Below, in pieces: positions 57,652 through 64,000 of a stretch of 64,000 nucleotides of DNA. The DNA comes from Cyanobacteria bacterium P01_D01_bin.156. Lineage in GTDB: Bacteria; Cyanobacteriota; Cyanobacteriia; Phormidesmidales; Phormidesmidaceae. Positions within the stretch are counted from its first letter, which is position 1; every line of letters begins with the position of its first letter. The notes under the pieces are model-generated. The model made no database searches. It had not been told where the DNA came from and was given only the letters and a program-made list of their open reading frames with translations. Location: contig JBCCQQ010000010.1 of assembly GCA_039024555.1 (NCBI GenBank), positions 53,013 through 117,012 on the forward strand, read 5' to 3'. The position numbers and the translations under genes are program-made.

Positions 57652-59046
57652 ATGTCTGATTTCCCTACCTCCCAGCCCATTCACGTTATTGGCGGTGGTC
57701 TTGCCGGTACTGAAGCTACCTGGCAAATTGCCCAGGCGGGCATTCCTGTGGTGCTGCACGAAATGCGTCCGGTAAAGCGCAGTCCGGCCCACCATTCAGA
57801 GCATGTTTCAGAGCTAGTGTGTAGCAACTCCTTTGGAGCTAAGTCTACCGATCGAGCATCAGGACTGCTCCATGAGGAATTGCGACAGCTGGGGTCGGTG
57901 GTTATCACCAAGGCTGATGAACATGCGGTGCCTGCAGGTGGAGCACTGGCCGTGGACCGAGGCGTGTTTAGCCGCAATCTGACAGAAACCTTGGAGCAGC
58001 ATCCCCTGATCGAACTCCGCCGCGAAGAAGTTACCGCTATCCCCCAGGACAGCACCGTAGTCTTAACCACTGGCCCCCTTACCAGCGATGCCCTGGCCAA
58101 AGAGCTACGTCAGTTCACCGGTCAGGACTACATGAGCTTTTTTGATGCGGCTAGCCCCATCATCGTTGGCGAATCCATTAATAAAGGCATCGCCTTTATG
58201 GCCTCTCGCTACGACCGAGGCGAAGCCGCCTACCTCAACTGTCCCATGGATAAGGAACAGTACCTGGCCTTCTGGCAGGCGCTGTGCGCGGCCGAGCAGG
58301 CAGAACTAAAAGACTTCGAACAAGAAACTGCTAAATTCTTTGAAGGCTGTCTGCCCATTGAGGTGATGGCCCGTCGGGGTGAAGACACCATGCGCTATGG
58401 GCCACTGAAGCCCGTCGGCCTGTTCGACACCGAACGCTACGGCCCCTTCGACGCACCGGGAAATAAAGAAAAGCGCCCCTATGCCGTTGTCCAGCTACGC
58501 CAGGAGGATAAGGACGGCCAGCTATGGAATATGGTGGGGTTTCAGACTAATCTACGCTGGGGTGAGCAAAAGCGTGTTTTTCAGATGATTCCAGGGCTGG
58601 AAAATGCAGAGTTTGTGCGTATGGGGGTAATGCACCGCAATACCTTTATTAATTCGCCAGAGCTGTTGAGCAGCGCATTGCAGTTTCATCGACGAGAGAA
58701 TCTCTTTGCGGCGGGTCAGCTGGTGGGTACTGAGGGTTACACAGCCGCCTGTGCTGGGGGCTGGCTAGCGGGTACCAATGCAGCCCGTTCTGTCCTGGGT
58801 TTACCGCTGGTATCGTTACCTGGAACTACGATGATGGGGGCACTATTTGGCTTTATTAGCTCAGCAGAACCTAAGCACTTTCAGCCGATGCCGCCTAATT
58901 TTGGGATTTTCCCTGCCTTACCTACACGGATTCGTAATAAGCGAGAGCGCTATGGCAAGTATCGCGATCGCAGTTTCTCGGACCTCCAAACCTGGGCTGA
59001 CACTAACCAAATCACCCTGAAAAAGCCCATGCTTGCTACGGCGTAA
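57652..59046 (+). CDS. trmFO: FADH2-oxidizing methylenetetrahydrofolate-tRNA-(uracil-5)-methyltransferase
   Basis: [60 protein letters not shown]. Confidence 0.96.
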   Translation: MSDFPTSQPIHVIGGGLAGTEATWQIAQAGIPVVLHEMRPVKRSPAHHSEHVSELVCSNSFGAKSTDRASGLLHEELRQLGSVVITKADEHAVPAGGALAVDRGVFSRNLTETLEQHPLIELRREEVTAIPQDSTVVLTTGPLTSDALAKELRQFTGQDYMSFFDAASPIIVGESINKGIAFMASRYDRGEAAYLNCPMDKEQYLAFWQALCAAEQAELKDFEQETAKFFEGCLPIEVMARRGEDTMRYGPLKPVGLFDTERYGPFDAPGNKEKRPYAVVQLRQEDKDGQLWNMVGFQTNLRWGEQKRVFQMIPGLENAEFVRMGVMHRNTFINSPELLSSALQFHRRENLFAAGQLVGTEGYTAACAGGWLAGTNAARSVLGLPLVSLPGTTMMGALFGFISSAEPKHFQPMPPNFGIFPALPTRIRNKRERYGKYRDRSFSDLQTWADTNQITLKKPMLATA

Positions 59047-59053
59047 AATCGCC

Positions 59054-59956
59054 ATGGATAACCGTTTTATCCTGCTGTTTTTGGATGGCCTCGGTCTAGG
59101 AACCACTGGTCCCCATAACCCTGTCAGCGATCCAGAGGCTATGCCCCGGGTAAGATCGCTTTGTGGTCAGCCGTGGTTAGCAGGCACCCACATTCAACGG
59201 TCAAATTTTCTCCTTAAACCTGTGGATGCCACCCTAGGCATCCCTGGCCTTCCCCAAAGTGCCACGGGGCAAACCACCATTTACACAGGCCATAACGCCG
59301 CTAAATTTAGGGGAAAACACCAAACAGGCTTTGCCAATGGGTGCCTACGTCAGCTGATTGAACCCTACGGGCTGTTTAAACAGGTGATGGCTAAAGGGGG
59401 CACGGCTACCTTGGCAAATCTCTATTCCCCCGCCTATTTTGAAGCAATCGCCCAGCGACGATGGCGCTACTCCGTATGTACCCTGCTAAATATGACTGCG
59501 GGGCTACCTTTCCGTATGCAGTACGAATATGAGCAGGGGGCCGCTATTTTTTGGGACATTACTGGAGAGATTGCTCGCGATCGCGGCATTGCCACAGCTC
59601 CCATTACCCCTGAACAGGCTGGTGATTTTCTCGCCAACTTAGGAAAACAGCATCATATTACGCTTTTCGAATGCTATCTGAGTGACTATGCTGGCCATGC
59701 CCAAAACTACGACCGTGCTGTGGCAGTGCTACAGCGCATTGATCGCTTTGTTGCTGCTGTCGTCAACAACTTAGCCCCCAGCACAACGCTAATTGTTGTT
59801 AGCGATCATGGCAATGTGGAAAATCTCGCCACTAAATGTCACACCCTAAATTTTGTTCCTTTATGGGTGATTGGGCCAGCTGCTCAGGCATTTGCTGAGG
59901 TGTCAGACCTTACTGGAATTACCCCAGCTGTAATGACTAGCTTATCAACGGCTTAG
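59054..59956 (+). CDS. Alkaline-phosphatase-superfamily metalloenzyme (phosphoglycerate mutase / phosphopentomutase-like)
   Basis: FLDGLG, PQSATGQT, DYAGH, VSDHGN, HTLN metal-binding motifs; ATG 59054 follows the trmFO stop. Confidence 0.85.
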   Translation: MDNRFILLFLDGLGLGTTGPHNPVSDPEAMPRVRSLCGQPWLAGTHIQRSNFLLKPVDATLGIPGLPQSATGQTTIYTGHNAAKFRGKHQTGFANGCLRQLIEPYGLFKQVMAKGGTATLANLYSPAYFEAIAQRRWRYSVCTLLNMTAGLPFRMQYEYEQGAAIFWDITGEIARDRGIATAPITPEQAGDFLANLGKQHHITLFECYLSDYAGHAQNYDRAVAVLQRIDRFVAAVVNNLAPSTTLIVVSDHGNVENLATKCHTLNFVPLWVIGPAAQAFAEVSDLTGITPAVMTSLSTA

Positions 59957-62442
59957 TTATAAGCATAGGCATGCTGTGGTCGATATTTTTCTAGCACTGC
60001 CAGCAGTTTTGTTGACTGTACAGGTTTAGAGACATAATCTGTTGCCCCCAAGGAATATCCCAACTCATTATCGGCCTGCATGGTATGTAGAACAACCGGT
60101 ATATTGCTTAGTTTAGGATGCTCTCGAATTGTTCTAATGATTCTCCATCCATCCACCTTAGACATCATCACATCTAACAGAATGATATCAGGCAAAAGTT
60201 GTTCTGCCATATTCAATCCGCGTTCGTTATTATGGCTCAGTATTACAAAATATCCCTGCTGAACCAGCAGTTGTCGCACTGCTTCGCAATCTTCTAAGTT
60301 TTCATCAATGACCAGTACACAGCCTAGACAGGGCGCAGACGTACTCTCAAGATCTGAAGATTGATCTATGGTTTCTGCAGAAACACTCTCGGAGGTATCG
60401 GCCATAGCCTCTCCTGAGAGTGTTGACTGATGGTCTTGATCAGATTTTATTGGCTTCCCTTTTTGAACCGTTTTGGGGAGACATACGGTAAAGGTGGTAC
60501 CCACACCCATTTCACTTTTTACGTCTACGGTTCCTCCCATCATCTGTACAAACTTTTGGGTAATAGTCAGACCTAAACCTGTACCCCCATACTTTCGTGT
60601 TGTAGACGAGTCTGCCTGGGCAAAGGCGTGAAAGACTCTTTTAAGCTGATCCGGCAACATCCCAATACCGGTATCCTGAACTTGAAACAGGATACCGGTG
60701 GTGCCTTCAGTGGTGATGGATTGAACGCTTAGGGTAATGGTGCCGTTGTGGGTAAACTTATTGGCATTGCTTAATAGGTTAAACAAACTCTGACGTACCT
60801 TTGCCGTATCTGCATGCATTTCTCCAATATTGTCAGGACAGTGGATACGCAACGTGTTATTACTTTTTGCGATCACCGGTTGAACAGTCGAAACAACATC
60901 CTTGATCAAGGAGCTAATCTTAAAGGTTTCTAGATCTAATTCCATTTTGCCAGCTTCTACTTTTGATAGATCCAGCACGCCATCAATAAGACCCAGTAAA
61001 TGTTTGCCAGCCCCTTGAATCCGCTTGAGTTCGGGAATAAATTCGGTCTGACCTAAATCCTCAGCATCTTCTTCTAGAAGCTCACTGTAGCCAATAATCG
61101 CGTTAAGAGGAGTCCGCAATTCGTGGCTCATATTGGCCAAGAATTCGCTTTTTGCCTGACTAGCTTGTTCCGCTTTTACGCGCTCAGCTTCTGCTTTTTC
61201 ACGGGCCTCATCCGCTTTGCGTAAGGCTTCATCATTGGCCTCTAGGCTAAGCGCTAACTGAAATTCTGCTCGCTTGTGGCTACTGATATCGTGCCAAGAC
61301 AAGGATAATCCTGTAGACATAGGCGTTAATGACATTTCTATCCAACGGTCTTGGGCCGTTAGTCGAGCTTCAAGGGTAAGGTGAGACTGTTGACTAATCG
61401 CCTGTTCATAGTAGTGTTTTTTCTCTTGCCCCAGCTCTTTAGGCAATACCGTCCAGAGGATATGGCCAATTAACTCCTCTGATGGTTTATTTAAATCCTC
61501 AGCAGCAGGTCCGTTAATATTAGTAATCACCCATTGATGATCCACATCCATAGAGGCATCATCCATACTTTCGAACAGGGTGTCGGCAATCTGACCCACT
61601 CGACGAAACTGATTTTTAAGCATCCATCCATAGGCGGCTCCACTGAGTATCACTAATCCCCATATTATGGCTGCTAGCTGAAATCGCTGGGTTCTGGCGT
61701 TGGCTTGCTGATAGGCGACCTCGTAGGTTTCGATCAGGGTTTGGAGTTGTTCTGTAGTAGGAACAGCCAGTAGCGACTGGGTAAGTTCATCAACCGCTGG
61801 TTTATTCTCAACAATAAATCGGCTCTGATCCAAGGCGATTTGAATGGTGTCCCGCTCTGCTAGCTGAGCTTCGTCACTTAAAGACTGAATCTGGGTAATT
61901 TGCGTACTAATCTCTGAACGGAGGGAGTCATCTAAAGATAGACCGTAGAGTAAAACTTGGTTGAACAGCTCTACAAGGGGCTGATCTAAGGATTCTCCCA
62001 CCAGAACATTGCTAGATGATTGTTCAAGTAGGACCGGCAATTGGGATAGCGATTCTTGAATCCGTGCATTATCCACCCGAAACTGCTCTGCTAGGAGAAC
62101 TTTTTGTTTTAGGGTTGTATTGCTTTCCTGCAGAGTATTTTGCAGATGTTGGTTTGCCTGATTATTTTGCTGATTTAGAAATGCTGGAACAGTTTGTAAG
62201 CGTTTACGATTATTGTCTAACTGCTCTATGGCTGTAGCCAATCGCACATCATTGGGTTCTGATACTTGGCGTGTCTCTAAAACAGCTTGGTTAACGTTGA
62301 GATCATATTGCAGTTGCTTCGCTAGTGCATCTTTATAGGCCAGATGGTCTTTTGTAGAAATGGGGCGACATTGGATTAGCAACCCGACCCATAGGAGTAA
62401 TGTACTGGCAGTAGCCGAAAGTATGATCAGTTTATGCTTCAT
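59953..62442 (-). CDS. Hybrid histidine kinase (DAHL-like sensor, PAS, HisKA, HATPase, receiver)
   Basis: 2 TM helices, helical periplasmic domain, PAS-like segment, MSHELRTPLN, NLLSNA.KFT, DTGIG, GGTGLGL, receiver DIILLDVMM...KP. Confidence 0.92.
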   Translation of the reverse strand: MKHKLIILSATASTLLLWVGLLIQCRPISTKDHLAYKDALAKQLQYDLNVNQAVLETRQVSEPNDVRLATAIEQLDNNRKRLQTVPAFLNQQNNQANQHLQNTLQESNTTLKQKVLLAEQFRVDNARIQESLSQLPVLLEQSSSNVLVGESLDQPLVELFNQVLLYGLSLDDSLRSEISTQITQIQSLSDEAQLAERDTIQIALDQSRFIVENKPAVDELTQSLLAVPTTEQLQTLIETYEVAYQQANARTQRFQLAAIIWGLVILSGAAYGWMLKNQFRRVGQIADTLFESMDDASMDVDHQWVITNINGPAAEDLNKPSEELIGHILWTVLPKELGQEKKHYYEQAISQQSHLTLEARLTAQDRWIEMSLTPMSTGLSLSWHDISSHKRAEFQLALSLEANDEALRKADEAREKAEAERVKAEQASQAKSEFLANMSHELRTPLNAIIGYSELLEEDAEDLGQTEFIPELKRIQGAGKHLLGLIDGVLDLSKVEAGKMELDLETFKISSLIKDVVSTVQPVIAKSNNTLRIHCPDNIGEMHADTAKVRQSLFNLLSNANKFTHNGTITLSVQSITTEGTTGILFQVQDTGIGMLPDQLKRVFHAFAQADSSTTRKYGGTGLGLTITQKFVQMMGGTVDVKSEMGVGTTFTVCLPKTVQKGKPIKSDQDHQSTLSGEAMADTSESVSAETIDQSSDLESTSAPCLGCVLVIDENLEDCEAVRQLLVQQGYFVILSHNNERGLNMAEQLLPDIILLDVMMSKVDGWRIIRTIREHPKLSNIPVVLHTMQADNELGYSLGATDYVSKPVQSTKLLAVLEKYRPQHAYAYN

Positions 62443-62683
62443 ACTTTATATCCTGCAAAATAAGCCGTTGTTATACATGGGACTAAGAGACTTAATCAGC
62501 ACCAAATGGTTTCAGAACACAGATAAATGTCTAGTGGTTTAGATGTTGACTACCCTAGTTTTCTAACTTCCGATGGATTGGACGAAAATCAGACTGACTT
62601 AAGAAAAAAGAGGGCTAATTGAGAAAAAAATGCGCACAATATAAAGATTTTATGGTTTGAAATACTTAGCGGAATAGTTCACC

Positions 62684-63787
62684 ATGGGTTATCGAGTAAT
62701 ATCATCTGTTAACATCCCTGAATCAAAGGGAGCAGGAGCCACTATGGGGAACCAACGTTGGTCTAGTCTGTTTAATGGAAGACTAAGTTCCTATTCTTTA
62801 CGCACGTTACACCGCTGGCGCTTACTGATCTTGGCAATGGGGATAACCATCGCTCTGGTCACCCTGGGTAACGGTGCGATCGCGCAGTCCGATACTGCGA
62901 AGACAGCCCCCACCAATGCTGCGGTTTATCACTTTAAGGTGGGTGAATTTGGGGCGATGGTGGTTAGCGATGGCACCCTATCTATTCCCGCCACTTTTTT
63001 TGTTCCCAACGCGAATCCCGAGGACGTAGCTACAGCTTTGACGGATCATTTTCTCTCTCCGGATAATCTATTGGTCCATGTCAACGCTCTCTATGTTGAA
63101 ACCGATGAGCACAAAGTGTTGATTGATACCGGTGCAGGGAGTTTATACGGGCCAACTGCCGGTCACCTGCTGGACAATCTTGAGGCGGCTGGTGTCCCAG
63201 CAACGGACATTGACACGGTGATTGTCACCCATGCCCACCCGGATCATATTGGCGGAATTCTAGATGCCAATGGTGAATTACGATTGCCCAATGCTCAGTT
63301 TTATGTGTCCCAGCCGGAAGCTGATTTTTGGTTGGCGGATATAGTAGAGATGCCAGCATCATTACTGGATGAGGATACCAAGGCAGGGCTGATGGCAACA
63401 GCTAAGGGGCGTTTGACAGCTATTCGCGATCGCACCACCTTTTTCTCCATGGGAGATGAGGTTATTCCAAACATCCAGGCGGTCGCAGCCACTGGACACA
63501 CACCGGGTCAAGCGGCTTTCTTGATTACCTCTGGTGAGGAGAGTTTATTAGCCACGGGCGATGTCTTTTTTAGCGATCCGCTAAATCTGGAAAATCCAGA
63601 CTGGGAAGTTGTCTTTGATGGCGATCCGGAACAGGGCGTGAATACTCGGCGTGAACTGCTAGAAACCGTCACGGCTGAACGACGATTGGTATTAGTACCC
63701 CACATGCCATTTCCTGGATTAGGTCATGTGAGAACCCAAGACGACGCCTATGGTTGGGAACCAATTATCTGGAAATTTACAATTTAG
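62684..63787 (+). CDS. Secreted metallo-beta-lactamase-fold hydrolase
   Basis: LIDTG, THAHPDH, GHTPG, TGD, HMPFPG; signal-like segment. The start may be ATG 62744 (AGGAG RBS). Confidence 0.9.
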   Translation: MGYRVISSVNIPESKGAGATMGNQRWSSLFNGRLSSYSLRTLHRWRLLILAMGITIALVTLGNGAIAQSDTAKTAPTNAAVYHFKVGEFGAMVVSDGTLSIPATFFVPNANPEDVATALTDHFLSPDNLLVHVNALYVETDEHKVLIDTGAGSLYGPTAGHLLDNLEAAGVPATDIDTVIVTHAHPDHIGGILDANGELRLPNAQFYVSQPEADFWLADIVEMPASLLDEDTKAGLMATAKGRLTAIRDRTTFFSMGDEVIPNIQAVAATGHTPGQAAFLITSGEESLLATGDVFFSDPLNLENPDWEVVFDGDPEQGVNTRRELLETVTAERRLVLVPHMPFPGLGHVRTQDDAYGWEPIIWKFTI

Positions 63788-64000
63788 AGACAGACATTGA
63801 TGATTTACTCTCAATCGTAAACAACATCAGATAATTTATTAGGAGTCAGGATGTTTATGACAATACTCCGGACAGCATTAGGAGACGAGAACCCCGTAGT
63901 CACAAAGGCTTGAATAGTTGGGGTGTGATTTAATCAAAGTCTCGTCTAAGTCTAAGTTGCGAATAAACCTGTCCATCAGATGCTGATTGAGTTTGCGACG

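Overview
A 64-kb chromosomal window from a cyanobacterium, probably a filamentous Leptolyngbya-like lineage. The cyanobacterial call rests on recurring HIP1 octamers (GCGATCGC), a CAAD-bearing ValRS, FutA/FutB and a Uma2 nuclease; the lineage is inference. Most of it is housekeeping and transport: sbcC, a GH13 neopullulanase, tpm, a fur-futA...futB iron cluster, an AttEFGH-like ABC/lipocalin set, valS, an ABC-2 exporter, a CPA2-USP antiporter, metF, trpS, queD-queE-queC, trmFO, two orphan histidine kinases and an MBL hydrolase. I found no rRNA, tRNA, CRISPR array, integrase or transposase. Features the ORF track misses: (i) a 127-bp MITE with a CTAG duplication that splits a DUF5674 gene; (ii) 12 TGACT/AGTCA motifs in about 200 bp between an HTH-STAND-WD40 gene and a divergent cluster of two small membrane peptides and a soluble NfeD-like domain, the best candidate for an undescribed regulatory system; (iii) a decayed sterol-desaturase-family pseudogene; (iv) a frameshifted riboflavin-kinase-like gene; (v) several structured intergenic regions. 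A 1683-aa WD40-KAP NTPase fusion with internally homogenised repeats is also notable. All family assignments come from motif recognition by eye; no searches were run.
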